64,000 bases of DNA, from positions 1,201 to 65,200 of the forward strand of contig CAVULT010000002.1 in NCBI GenBank assembly GCA_963742235.1, read 5' to 3'. The translations under genes and the position numbers were made by a program. Source of the stretch: Candidatus Aminicenantes bacterium (GTDB lineage Bacteria; Acidobacteriota; Aminicenantia; Aminicenantales; Saccharicenantaceae). Below, piece by piece: positions 49,516 to 59,585 of this stretch. Under the pieces are notes generated by a model. The model did not search any database. It was not told where the DNA came from and saw only the letters and a program-made list of their open reading frames with translations. Position 1 is the first letter of the stretch. Every line of letters begins with the position of its first letter.

Positions 49516-50315
49516 GCGCCGACCGCCGAGTATCGCTTCACGCTGACCCGCCAGGCGACCCTCACCAGGAGCGCGGCGGCCAGCAGCCATGCCACCTGGA
49601 CCGCGAAGCCCGTCAGGACTTGAGCCGTGGTCAGGCGGCCGAGGAGGATCTCCACCGGAAAGCCGATCGTCCATCGGAACGGCAGGACATTGGCCACGAC
49701 CTGGAGCGGGCGCGGCAGGACGGTCAGCGGGGCGATCTGTCCGGAAAAGAAAAGCACGGCCATGTAGTGGATCTGGTTGATGGCCGTCACCCGCGTCGTC
49801 CAGAAGGCCGCCAGGGCGACGGTCCAATCCACGAGAAAGCGCACCAGGAACGCCAGGACGAGCGCCGGGATGAAGGCCGCCGTCGCCGCCGGCGTCAGCT
49901 TGAGCGCAGGGTGGAAAACGGCGGCCAAACCGGCCGCGGCCGCGAAAACGAACGGCAGGCTCACGGCCTTGGAGGAGAGGTTCTCGGCGATATCGGCGTG
50001 GATCGGATGAACGGGGTGGAGGAGGTCCGCCGAGAACGTGCCCTCGCGGATCCGGTAATCGAACTCGTACATCACCCAGGTGAAGGTGGCCTGGTTGACG
50101 AGCATGAGGACGATGTAGTAGGCGGCGAAGTCCGGCGCGCCGTAGCCCCCGACGGTCCCGCCGGACGAGCGGGCGACGGTCGACCAGACGACAAGATAGA
50201 TGAGCGGCTCGAGGATGTTGCCGATGAGCCAGATGACGAGCGAGGCGCGGTATTGCAACATCGAGGCGACGCCGGTTTTGAGCTGCTGGAGATAGAGGTC
50301 GGCCAGGCCTTTCAT
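49512..50315 (-). CDS. ABC-2 family permease (DUF990 type)
   Basis: QYRA, IREG.....LL.P, FSGQIAPL, LPF, Y.AVGA C-terminus. Confidence 0.88.
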   Translation of the reverse strand: MKGLADLYLQQLKTGVASMLQYRASLVIWLIGNILEPLIYLVVWSTVARSSGGTVGGYGAPDFAAYYIVLMLVNQATFTWVMYEFDYRIREGTFSADLLHPVHPIHADIAENLSSKAVSLPFVFAAAAGLAAVFHPALKLTPAATAAFIPALVLAFLVRFLVDWTVALAAFWTTRVTAINQIHYMAVLFFSGQIAPLTVLPRPLQVVANVLPFRWTIGFPVEILLGRLTTAQVLTGFAVQVAWLLAAALLVRVAWRVSVKRYSAVGA

Positions 50316-51295
50316 GACGCCCCCTGGGCGAAGACCCGCTCGATGACCTCCTCGATCGGCGGGTCCTCCACGGTCAGGTCGGTGACCGGGAGCTCCGCCA
50401 GGATCCGCCCGGTGACCCGGGCCGTATCCCCTTTCGGCACGCGCAGGGTCGTGCGGCCGTCCTCGCAGGAGACGACCTCGCCGTAGGCCCGAAGGTCCGC
50501 GGCGCAATCCTTGAGCTGGACGACGATCGTCTTGTCGGCCGTGAATCGCTGGACCAGGGCGGCCAGCTCGCCGTCGAAGAGGAGCTGGCCGTGGTGGATG
50601 ACGATGACCCGCTTGCAGAGCGCCTCGACGTCGGCCATATAATGGCTCGTCAGCAGGACCGTGGCCCCGTGGCGGCGGCTGTACTCGGCGATGAAGCCCC
50701 GGATGCGGCGCTGCATCGTCACGTCGAGGCCGATCGTCGGCTCGTCGAGGAAGACGACGGCCGGGCGGTGGAGCAGGGCCGCCGCGATCTCGCATTTCAT
50801 CCGCTCGCCGAGCGAGAGGTTGCGGACGGGCTTGCTCAGGAGCGGCTCGAGCTCGAGGAGGGCGACGAGCTCGTCGAGGGCCAGCCGGTAGTCGGCGGGC
50901 GGGATGCGGTAGATCGCCCGGTTGAGCTCGAAGGAGTCCGCGGCCGGGATGTCCCAGATGAGCTGGTTGCGCTGTCCCATGACCAGCGTGATCCTTCTCA
51001 GGAACGCCGGGTCCCTCTTCCACGGGACATAGGACAGGACCGAGAGCTCGCCGGACGTCGGGTGAAGGAGCCCCGAGAGCATCTTCAGGGTCGTCGTCTT
51101 GCCCGCGCCGTTGGGACCGAGGAAGCCGACGATCTCCCCCGGAGCGAGGTCGAAGGTGATGCCGTCGACGGCCCGGACCTCGGATTTGCGGCGATGGACG
51201 AGGCCGGCCAGGGCGGCCCGGAGCCCCGGCTCGCGCTCCGTGACGGTATAGGTCTTTCTCAGGTCACGGAGACGGATGACAGGGGCGGCGTCCAC
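50312..51295 (-). CDS. ABC transporter ATP-binding protein
   Basis: GPNGAGKTT, LSLGERMK, FLDEPTIGLD, SHYM. Confidence 0.95.
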   Translation of the reverse strand: MDAAPVIRLRDLRKTYTVTEREPGLRAALAGLVHRRKSEVRAVDGITFDLAPGEIVGFLGPNGAGKTTTLKMLSGLLHPTSGELSVLSYVPWKRDPAFLRRITLVMGQRNQLIWDIPAADSFELNRAIYRIPPADYRLALDELVALLELEPLLSKPVRNLSLGERMKCEIAAALLHRPAVVFLDEPTIGLDVTMQRRIRGFIAEYSRRHGATVLLTSHYMADVEALCKRVIVIHHGQLLFDGELAALVQRFTADKTIVVQLKDCAADLRAYGEVVSCEDGRTTLRVPKGDTARVTGRILAELPVTDLTVEDPPIEEVIERVFAQGAS

Positions 51296-51394
51296 GGCTC
51301 CAGTATAGTGGGGAGCCGGATCGATTTGAAGGGGCCCCCACGACGCGCCCGTTACGGCGGGGACGAATTTGCCGTCGTTCCGCCCTACTCCGGC

Positions 51395-53488
51395 CTATTT
51401 TTTGATCTGCCGGAGGAGAGAATCGATATCCTTCTGTTCTTCCGGCGTGATGTCTTTTCCCTTGATGGAAAGGTATTTTCGGCAATAGGCGAGGGCCCGG
51501 CCCTTGTCGCCTTTCTCGAGATAGGCGACGGCCAGATTGTAGACGGGCAAGTCGTAGCGGGGGTCGAGCGCGGCGGCTTTCTCCCAGCTGGCGACGGCCG
51601 CGTCCGTGTCTCCAAGGATCTTCAACGCTCCGCCCAGGCCGTTATGGGCGGACGCCAGACTGGGGTCGCTGGCGACGGCTTTATGAAAATAATCCAGGGA
51701 TTCCTGGACGTGCTCCGGAGTCCTTGTTTTCAGGCCCCAGGCGACATAAAAATTGCCCAGGTCGGAATTGACGATGGCGTCCTGCGGAGCCAGGGCCAGG
51801 GCGGTGTTCAGATGCTCCAGGGCCTTCGGAAAGTCGTCCTTCTTCCAATAGGACACACCGAGGGTGTCCCAGACCTTGGGGTCCCTGTCGAAAAGCGCCA
51901 GGGACTTGCCCAGAACTTCGATCCCCCGGTCCAACTCGCCCATCTCGGCCAGGGCGATGCCGTAAGCCGAAACCATGACGAAATTGTCCGGATTGGCGTT
52001 GGCTCCCCTTTCGAGAGCGTGGAGCCATTCTTTTTTCAGGCCGTGGGCGAAGTAGAGGTCGGAAAGTTGGGCATAGGCCCTCGTGTAGTCCTTCCGGGCG
52101 GCGATGACCTCTTCGATCAGGCGGACGCTTTCCGTCAGATCCTGGCCCTGGCCCAGCCGGGCGGCCGTCATCAACTTCTGGTTGAGCGGGAGGAGGGTCT
52201 TCAGGTCATCCAGGGCGCTGAAGACCGTCCTGGTCTGGACGACGGGCGCGGCAGCGTATCCGAGGCTCTGGAGTCTTTCCCGCGTCTCCCGGTCGTTTTT
52301 TCGGACAGTCTGGAGGTGGATGGAAGACGAGTCCAGCGTCATCTTCTCCTCGAGCCGCTTCTTGAAGGCGGAGAGTCCCGTCGTCGGGGCGAGGTTCTTC
52401 GCTTCCCCGAAGTCCGTCTCAAGGTCATAAAGCTCGGGAATCGGGGACTCGAGGTATTTCTTCCCGTTTTCGATGATCCCGCGGAGGGGCGCGCCGCCCA
52501 GGTTGATATATCCGTCCAAGGCCTCGAAGTAGATCGGCTTCGCCCTCCTCCCCTTTCCTTCGAGGAGCGGGCGCAGGGAGTCGCCCTGGGCGGACGGGGG
52601 CTTTTTGAGTCCGAGCAGGTCGCAGACGGTCGGCAGGATGTCCACGTGGCTGACGGCGTCTTTGACCCGAATCGCTTTGGTCCCGGGGCCCGTGATGATG
52701 AGCGGGACCCAGATCGTCGAATTATAGGCGAAAAAGCTGTGGGTCAACTCGCCGTGCTCGCCCAGCGATTCGCCGTGGTCGGCCGTCAAGAGCGTGAGCG
52801 TCCGTCCGGCCTGCCCGGTTTTTTCGAGGTCGTCCAGGAGCCTCCCCAGCGATTCGTCGACATAGGCGACCTCTCCCGAATAGAGATCATTCTTGAATCG
52901 GCCGGCGAACGGCTCCGGCGGCGTGTACGGGGCGTGCGGGTCCCAGAGATGGATCCAGCAGAACCACTTCCCCTTTTGGGCTGAAAGCCATTCGCGCGCG
53001 GCGGCGATGGTTTTTTCGGCCGGACGCTCGGCTTCGCGACCCGGAGCCGCCCTCGACGGATATCGATCGTCGTAGACATCGAACCCCTGGTTCAAGCCGA
53101 AACGGGAATCCAGCGGGAAAGCGGAGACGAACGCCCCGGTCGCATAGCCGGCGGCCTTGAGGATCTGGGGCAGGCCCGGCAGGTCGCGGGGCGCGATCGA
53201 GATGCCGTTGTCGATGACGCCGTGGGCGAGGGACGTCATGCCCAAGAGGATGTTCGCGTGGGAAGGGAGGGTCATCGGGTCATGGGCGAACGCCCGCTCG
53301 AACAGGGCGCCCTTGGCGGCCAGGCCGTCGATCCGGGGGGTCTGGAGGTACTTCGGACTGTAGCAGCTCAGCCGGTCCGGGCGGAGGGTATCGATGGTGA
53401 TGAGGAGGACGTTGACCTCCGCCGCCCGAGCCCAGGCCGCCCCGGCCAGAAGGCCGGCCAACACAAGAGCCGCCCGCCGAAACTTCAT
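51395..53488 (-). CDS. Sulfatase-like hydrolase with C-terminal TPR repeats
   Basis: NVLLITIDTLR, TLPSHA, DPHAPY, ADHGE, LGY, then multiple TPRs. Confidence 0.9.
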   Translation of the reverse strand: MKFRRAALVLAGLLAGAAWARAAEVNVLLITIDTLRPDRLSCYSPKYLQTPRIDGLAAKGALFERAFAHDPMTLPSHANILLGMTSLAHGVIDNGISIAPRDLPGLPQILKAAGYATGAFVSAFPLDSRFGLNQGFDVYDDRYPSRAAPGREAERPAEKTIAAAREWLSAQKGKWFCWIHLWDPHAPYTPPEPFAGRFKNDLYSGEVAYVDESLGRLLDDLEKTGQAGRTLTLLTADHGESLGEHGELTHSFFAYNSTIWVPLIITGPGTKAIRVKDAVSHVDILPTVCDLLGLKKPPSAQGDSLRPLLEGKGRRAKPIYFEALDGYINLGGAPLRGIIENGKKYLESPIPELYDLETDFGEAKNLAPTTGLSAFKKRLEEKMTLDSSSIHLQTVRKNDRETRERLQSLGYAAAPVVQTRTVFSALDDLKTLLPLNQKLMTAARLGQGQDLTESVRLIEEVIAARKDYTRAYAQLSDLYFAHGLKKEWLHALERGANANPDNFVMVSAYGIALAEMGELDRGIEVLGKSLALFDRDPKVWDTLGVSYWKKDDFPKALEHLNTALALAPQDAIVNSDLGNFYVAWGLKTRTPEHVQESLDYFHKAVASDPSLASAHNGLGGALKILGDTDAAVASWEKAAALDPRYDLPVYNLAVAYLEKGDKGRALAYCRKYLSIKGKDITPEEQKDIDSLLRQIKK

Positions 53489-53549
53489 CCCGATATTATA
53501 GCATAGGGAAATCTCGCCCGTCGGGCCCCGGCAAGGATCGGCCGGAAGG

Positions 53550-56500
53550 CTAGCGTTCGACGCGCCGGAAGAGAGAAATGTGCTTGACATCGACCGCGGC
53601 GTCGAAGAGCTCGCGGAAGGCCGGAAGATAAGGACTCACCGGGGCCGGCTCGCCGTTGATCGTCTCGACGACGATCCTTCGGAGCGGCGCGTACTCGCGC
53701 GCCAGGAGATGACGGAGGACCTCGAAGTACTCCGGGAGCCTCGGGTCGCCGGGCGGGGCGGCGATGCTCAGAAGCCTTCCGTTGCGCTGCGAGACAAGGA
53801 CCAGCCGCGCTCCGCGATAGACGAGGTGCGTGCCCTCGACCCGCTTGGGCATCGCGCCCCGCAAGCCCTCGAGCGGCAGCCCGCAGGCCGAAGACGGATC
53901 CACGGCGCTCAGCCAATAGACGGCGTCTTCGGGCGGGTCCTGCAGGAACGCGCGGAACGCCGCGTGAGACATGAACTGCGGCCCGGGGATGCCGCTGAAG
54001 AAGTAGCCGGACAGGACCTCGCCTGAAAGCTCCATGAGCCGGAGCGCCCGGAACAGGTCCGGCCAGCGGAACGGAGGCCTCTCCCGCGCCAGCAATTCCC
54101 TGAAGAGGATGCCGTACCTGTCGAGAAGGACGCGCACGCGATCCTTCCTCAGCTCTTCGCGCTCGATGGGCTCGGCGTTCTCGAGGCTCGAGGGCCGGGG
54201 CAGCAGGAACCAGCTTCCCGGATAGGCCTTCGCTTCGCGCCAGGCCGAAAGCCTCAGGCTATCGCGCCGCGGCGCGTAGGCCAGGCTTCGCTTCTGCCTC
54301 TCGATCGTCTCGCCGACGCGGAACTTCGTCTCGAGCCCGCGCCGCACGGCGCTCCAGGTTTCGTTCGTCAGCTCGCCGGCCCAGACGCCTGCCCAGAGCC
54401 GCTCCTCGAGCGCAGCGACGTCGCCGCCCGTCCGGATGAGAAGCGCGCCGAAGTCATAGCGGGCGTTCGGGTCGGTCAGAAGGTCGGCCGGCGCGGGCCG
54501 CGGCCGGGCCGGTTCGGCGCCCTCGCCGGCCTCGCCTTCGCCTCCGTCATCGTCATGGACAAGGTCCGCGTCCTGCTCGAAAAAGAAACGGACCTCGCGG
54601 CCACCGCTCCCCTGCCAGCGGAGGCCTGACTGCCCGAGCGCGAAGTCGAGGCGGGCCAGCGTGTACCCCGGAACGCGTGCGGGCAGGACCTCGGCTTCCC
54701 AGAGAGGGGCCGGAAGCGGGTATCCGATGAGCTGCTCGATCGCGCGGAAGGTCCTCTCCTCCGGCGTCTCGGCCCGCGCCCGCGACGGCGGCACGACCCC
54801 CTGGATCTGAGCCAGAAAGAGGGGCAGTTTTTCGATCGCCCGGGGTTCGACCGAAGGCGCGAGGGCGGCGCGCTCCATGCGGAGCAGGGCCTCGAAGTTT
54901 TCCGCGTCGCAGACGAACTCCCCGTCCGAGCCTTTGACCAGCGCGCCCTCGATCACGGTCTCGGAATCCTTCAAGTCCTCGAGGGCGAGATTCAGCCGGC
55001 CGGGATCGAGGGCGAGCGCGCGCCCGATATCGTCCGGACGAACCGGACCGCGCGCCTGAAGCCACTCGGCCACGAGTGACGTCAGCGGCGCGTCGGGCTC
55101 GTCGTCGCCCGGCTTCGACGCGCCGTACGCCGCGTCCATTAACGCGGCGTCGACCGTCCCGCCGGCGATCGTCGTGACGACGGCCTCCCGGCCCGGCCAA
55201 AGCGCCTTCAGGACCTCGGGCAGACGCTCCAGGGCGCAGGCATGGGGTTCCGCGGCGCCGCTGACCGTGATCCGGGCGAGCCGAGACGCGGCCTCGGGGG
55301 CAAGGCCCTTCTGGCCGGCCGCTTCCGGAGCGGCGTCTTGTCGCCGCGTCTTCCGGCCTGCGCGGCCGTCGACTTCGACCTCTTCCGCCTCGGCGGACTG
55401 GTCACGCGCCACAGCCGCCATCAGCTTCTCCCAGTCCGGCCAAGGCAGGACGACACGCTCTTTGAGCCAGTCGACGAGGCTGCGGTCAGGGGAAGGCGCG
55501 TAGCCGGGGCTCAGGCGCTGCCGTTTTTCTTCGAACTTCCGGATCGTCTCGGCCGACACCGGCGGCCTGAGCCAGGACGCCAGCACGACCTCGCGGATGA
55601 GTTCCCCCCTCAGCTTCGACCGCCGGTCCGCGGGCAGCTCGTCGCCGGCATACATATATTGGTTGAGCTGTCCCCAGGTCATCTTTCGAGCCAGCGGGCT
55701 CGGCCGCGGCGTGACACACTCGGTGACGCCGATCGAGCCCGCTGCCACTCCGGCGAGCTTCCTCTTCAGAGCCTCGAGGTCGAACTCGTCCCGGAGGCAG
55801 GTCCGCCAGGTTTCGAGCAGGATCGGGAAATCCGTCAATCCCATGGCGGCCTGAAGAAGCTTCTGGGACCTCAGCCGGCTCATCCAGAGCGGCAGGCGCT
55901 CGCTCGCGCGGCTTCGGACGAGGAGCAGCGCCCGGCCGGCGTTCTCCCGGAAGCGGGCGCCGAAATAGCCCGAGCTTTCGAGCCTTTTTCGGAGCAGCGC
56001 CTCGATCGTCCCCTCGTTCACGAGTCCCATGAGCTCGTCGGCCGGGACATCGTGAGGCAACTGAAGAACGATCGAATCGTCGCCGGTATAGATCTCGAGC
56101 TTTTGGCCGTGGCGTTCCTCCCAGGCCGCGTCGAGCGCCAGGGCGAACGGCCGGTTGACCCGCCCGCCCCACAGGGTGTGGAGAATGATCTGGTTGCCGG
56201 GGTAGCCGTCGGGGCCCGTTTGCACATGCTCGACGACGATCCGGCTCGCGCCGGGAAGGGCCGCGCCGGTCTCGAGCTTCTGTCGCTTGAGATAGTCGAC
56301 GAGCCGGTCGGCCGCTCCCCCATCCAGGCGATAGGCGCTTCCGAGCTCGGCCCGCCAGGCGGGGTCGTCGATCCGGCGGTCGGCCTCGTCCATAAAGGCC
56401 GCGATCCTGTCCGAGAGGTGCGCGTTCCGGTTGACGACCTCGCCCTTCCAGAAGGGCGCCTCGGCCGATTTGAGCCGCACCGGCAGGGCGAAGACCTCGT

Positions 56501-58208
56501 TGTGGGTGATCCGGCGGATCGTCCAGTATTGGGTGCCGAAGGCGAAGTTCTGGCCGGGTCTCGCCTCCCAGACGAACTCCTCGTCGAGCTCGCCGATCAG
56601 GGCCCCGGACTCTTCGTGCCGAAGATGGAAATAGCCGCGGTCGGGGATCGTCCCGCCCGACAGGAACAGGCTGAGGAGCGCCCCGGGACGGGCCGCGGCC
56701 GTGTTGTCGATCCGGTCGATCGAGACGCGCGGCTTGAGTTCGCGGATGCGCGTTCGGGCGTAGCGGCCGGCGAGCATCTGGAGGACGAGGTCGAACTGGG
56801 TCCGGCTCAGGGTGCGATAGGGCCGGCTCGTCCGGATGCGGTCGTAGAGAGCGTCGATGTCCCAGACCTCGGTGCCGACCATCGAAAGAAGGACCTGGGC
56901 CAGGACGTCGAGGGGATTTTCGATCAGGCACGTCGCCTCGATGTCGCCCTCGCAGATGGCCCGGACGATGACCGCCGACTCGACGATGTCCTGGTCATGC
57001 GTCGGGAAGAAGGTGCCGCGGCTGACGGCGCCGACCTGGTGGCCGGCCCGGCCGACCCTCTGGACGGCCGAAGCGATCGAGGGCGGCGACTGGACGAGAA
57101 CGACCTCGTCGAGCGCGCCGACGTCGATCCCGAGCTCGAGGGAGTTGGTGGCGACGATGGCCTTGAGATCGCCGGACTTGAGCCGCGTTTCGACGTCGAG
57201 CCGCAGCTCCTTCGCGAGCGACCCGTGGTGGGAATACGCGAGCGGGGCGGGCTCGCCCGCGTTGATCCTGAACGCGAGCATCTCGGAGTCGCGGCGGCTG
57301 CGGACGAAGAAGAGCGAGGAGCGGTTCCGCTCGATGATACGGCGAAACTCGCGGACGAGCCGCGGCCAGAAGTCCTCTTCGGAGCGGTCCGCCGCGCCCG
57401 GCGCGCCGTCCTCCGGCCGGACGATCCTGAGGTCGTAGGCCTTGCTCTCGCCGGAGCGGATCATCGTGACGGGCCGCGGGACAAAGCGGGCTCCGCCGGC
57501 TTTCGGGCCGCCGGCCGATGCGCCGCTTCCGGCCGGCTCGAGCCGGAAGCCTCCGATGAACTCGGCCACGGCCTCCATCGGCCTGACGGTCGCCGACATG
57601 GCGATCCGCTGGAACTCGCCCGAGAGCGGCACCAGGCGATCGACCGCCGTGATCAGGTGGACCCCGCGCTTGTTGGACACGACCGTGTGGATCTCGTCCA
57701 GGATGACCGTGGCCAGCGAGTCGAGGACCGAGCGGCCGGACTTCGAGCTCAGCATCAGGTTGAGGCTCTCGGGCGTCGTGATCAGGATCTCGGGCGGCCG
57801 CCGGAGCATCCGCTGCCGGACGGACTGGGGCGTGTCGCCGCTTCGCGTCTCGACGCGGATCTCGGGAAAGGGCACGACGGCGGCGCGAAACGCCTCTTCG
57901 AGCCCCGCCAGAGGCGCGAGGAGGTTGCGCTGGATATCGTTGTTCAGGGCCTTGAGCGGGGACACATAGAGAACGCGGGTCCGGCCGCCCTTCCATTGGC
58001 CGGTGATCAAGCGGTCGAGCGCCCAGAGAAAGGCCGCCAGGGTCTTGCCGCTCCCGGTCGGAGCGGTGACCAGGACGTGCTCGCCGCGGGCGATCGCCGG
58101 CCAGGCCGCCGCCTGGGCGTCGGTTGGCGAGCCGACGCGCTCGCGGAACCATTTCGCCACGAGCGGATGGAAGAGGTCCAGGGAATCGATCATTGGCGCG
58201 GCGCTCAT
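53550..58208 (-). CDS. lhr: Lhr-like ATP-dependent helicase
   Basis: PTGSGKT, SPLKAL, TTPESL, DEIH, SAT, LELGID.G, QRVGRAGH, long C-terminal extension. Confidence 0.93.
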   Translation of the reverse strand: MSAAPMIDSLDLFHPLVAKWFRERVGSPTDAQAAAWPAIARGEHVLVTAPTGSGKTLAAFLWALDRLITGQWKGGRTRVLYVSPLKALNNDIQRNLLAPLAGLEEAFRAAVVPFPEIRVETRSGDTPQSVRQRMLRRPPEILITTPESLNLMLSSKSGRSVLDSLATVILDEIHTVVSNKRGVHLITAVDRLVPLSGEFQRIAMSATVRPMEAVAEFIGGFRLEPAGSGASAGGPKAGGARFVPRPVTMIRSGESKAYDLRIVRPEDGAPGAADRSEEDFWPRLVREFRRIIERNRSSLFFVRSRRDSEMLAFRINAGEPAPLAYSHHGSLAKELRLDVETRLKSGDLKAIVATNSLELGIDVGALDEVVLVQSPPSIASAVQRVGRAGHQVGAVSRGTFFPTHDQDIVESAVIVRAICEGDIEATCLIENPLDVLAQVLLSMVGTEVWDIDALYDRIRTSRPYRTLSRTQFDLVLQMLAGRYARTRIRELKPRVSIDRIDNTAAARPGALLSLFLSGGTIPDRGYFHLRHEESGALIGELDEEFVWEARPGQNFAFGTQYWTIRRITHNEVFALPVRLKSAEAPFWKGEVVNRNAHLSDRIAAFMDEADRRIDDPAWRAELGSAYRLDGGAADRLVDYLKRQKLETGAALPGASRIVVEHVQTGPDGYPGNQIILHTLWGGRVNRPFALALDAAWEERHGQKLEIYTGDDSIVLQLPHDVPADELMGLVNEGTIEALLRKRLESSGYFGARFRENAGRALLLVRSRASERLPLWMSRLRSQKLLQAAMGLTDFPILLETWRTCLRDEFDLEALKRKLAGVAAGSIGVTECVTPRPSPLARKMTWGQLNQYMYAGDELPADRRSKLRGELIREVVLASWLRPPVSAETIRKFEEKRQRLSPGYAPSPDRSLVDWLKERVVLPWPDWEKLMAAVARDQSAEAEEVEVDGRAGRKTRRQDAAPEAAGQKGLAPEAASRLARITVSGAAEPHACALERLPEVLKALWPGREAVVTTIAGGTVDAALMDAAYGASKPGDDEPDAPLTSLVAEWLQARGPVRPDDIGRALALDPGRLNLALEDLKDSETVIEGALVKGSDGEFVCDAENFEALLRMERAALAPSVEPRAIEKLPLFLAQIQGVVPPSRARAETPEERTFRAIEQLIGYPLPAPLWEAEVLPARVPGYTLARLDFALGQSGLRWQGSGGREVRFFFEQDADLVHDDDGGEGEAGEGAEPARPRPAPADLLTDPNARYDFGALLIRTGGDVAALEERLWAGVWAGELTNETWSAVRRGLETKFRVGETIERQKRSLAYAPRRDSLRLSAWREAKAYPGSWFLLPRPSSLENAEPIEREELRKDRVRVLLDRYGILFRELLARERPPFRWPDLFRALRLMELSGEVLSGYFFSGIPGPQFMSHAAFRAFLQDPPEDAVYWLSAVDPSSACGLPLEGLRGAMPKRVEGTHLVYRGARLVLVSQRNGRLLSIAAPPGDPRLPEYFEVLRHLLAREYAPLRRIVVETINGEPAPVSPYLPAFRELFDAAVDVKHISLFRRVER

Positions 58209-58298
58209 CTTTGAATATCCTATTATACACAGGCGCTCGGTCCCGCGTCGCGCGTGACTATGCTAGAATGACCTCACCGAGAGCACGCGGGGCGAGTC

Positions 58299-59534
58299 AT
58301 GGAACCTCTTATCTTCACCGTGGCGATGGCCAAGGCCGGGGCCATCCTCGCCCTCAGCCTGGTCGTGTTCGCCATCGGCAAGAGCCCGCTCTTCCGGATG
58401 GACCGGGCCGGGGCGGCCATCGTCGGCGCGGCGCTCATGGTCGGCCTGGGCGTCATGACCATCGACGAGGCCGCCAAGGCCGTGGACGCCCGGACGATCG
58501 TGGTTCTGTTCTCCATGATGATCGTCGCCTCGAGCCTCAGGATCGCCGGCTTCTTCCACGTCCTCGGGGCCTTCCTGACAAAACGGCTCACGAGCAAGCG
58601 TCAGCTGCTTCTGGCGGTCATCCTGGCCGGCGGCCTGCTCTCGGCCTTCTTCATCAACGATATCGTCTGCCTGATGTTCACCCCGGTCGTCCTCGCGCTC
58701 TGTCATCGCCGGCGGCTGCCGCCAGTGCCCTTTCTCATCGGCCTGGCCACGGCCTCGAACATCGGCAGCGTCGGGACGCTCATCGGCAACCCCCAGAACA
58801 TCCTGATCGGCAGCCTGTCGGGCATCTCCTTCGCCCGCTACATGCTCGTGGCCTTTCCGCTCGCGGTTTTCGGGCTCGCGGCGGACTACCTGTTCGTCTG
58901 CCGGGTCTTCAGGGCGGATTTGGCGGGTCCCCTGCCCGAGGCGGCCCCCGTGGCGGCCGCGCGGCACGTCTTTCTGATCAAAAAGAACGTCGCCGTCGTC
59001 ATCCTGATCCTGGCCGGGTTCCTTCTGGGCGCCGAGGCGGCCATCGTCGCCGCGCTCGGGGCGGCCGTCTTGCTCGTCACCCGCCGGGTCAAGCCCGAGA
59101 AGGTCTACGCGGGCATCGACTTCAATCTGCTGGTCATCTTCGCCGGCCTGTTCGTCATCATCGGAGGGGTCGAGCAGAGCGGATTGATGGGCTGGCTGCT
59201 CGACCGCCTGCACGCGATCGATTTCAGGAGCTTTCCCGTCTTTGCCGGGATGACCGTCGTCCTGTCAAATATCGTAAGCAACGTCCCCGCCGTGCTTCTC
59301 TTGAAGTTCCTCGTGCCCGCGGGGGCCAGCCTCAACTGGTGGGCGGGCATGGCCGTGTTCAGCACCCTGGCCGGCAATCTGACGCTGGTCGGCTCAGTGG
59401 CCAACCTCATCGTCGTCGAGATCGCGCGCCGGGCCGGGGTCCGGGTCGGCTTCTTCGATTACTTCAAGGTCGGATTCCCGCTGACGGTCGCTCTGTGCCT
59501 GGTCAGCCTGGCGTATTTCCTCCTGCTCATCTAG
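58299..59534 (+). CDS. ArsB/CitM (IT superfamily) anion transporter
   Basis: SAFFIND, SNIGS..T.IGNPQN, SNVPA, GNLTLVGSVANLIV. Confidence 0.9.
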   Translation: MEPLIFTVAMAKAGAILALSLVVFAIGKSPLFRMDRAGAAIVGAALMVGLGVMTIDEAAKAVDARTIVVLFSMMIVASSLRIAGFFHVLGAFLTKRLTSKRQLLLAVILAGGLLSAFFINDIVCLMFTPVVLALCHRRRLPPVPFLIGLATASNIGSVGTLIGNPQNILIGSLSGISFARYMLVAFPLAVFGLAADYLFVCRVFRADLAGPLPEAAPVAAARHVFLIKKNVAVVILILAGFLLGAEAAIVAALGAAVLLVTRRVKPEKVYAGIDFNLLVIFAGLFVIIGGVEQSGLMGWLLDRLHAIDFRSFPVFAGMTVVLSNIVSNVPAVLLLKFLVPAGASLNWWAGMAVFSTLAGNLTLVGSVANLIVVEIARRAGVRVGFFDYFKVGFPLTVALCLVSLAYFLLLI

Positions 59535-59585
59535 CGCCGCCTCGGCTCGGGAATGATCCGGGCCGGCCCAAGGATCGGACCGGGA

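Noticed and set aside
53550-58208. Lhr helicase as part of an anti-phage defence island
   Set aside because: Neighbours are a transporter and a sulfatase-like gene; no nuclease, methylase or other defence genes; Lhr is normally a repair helicase
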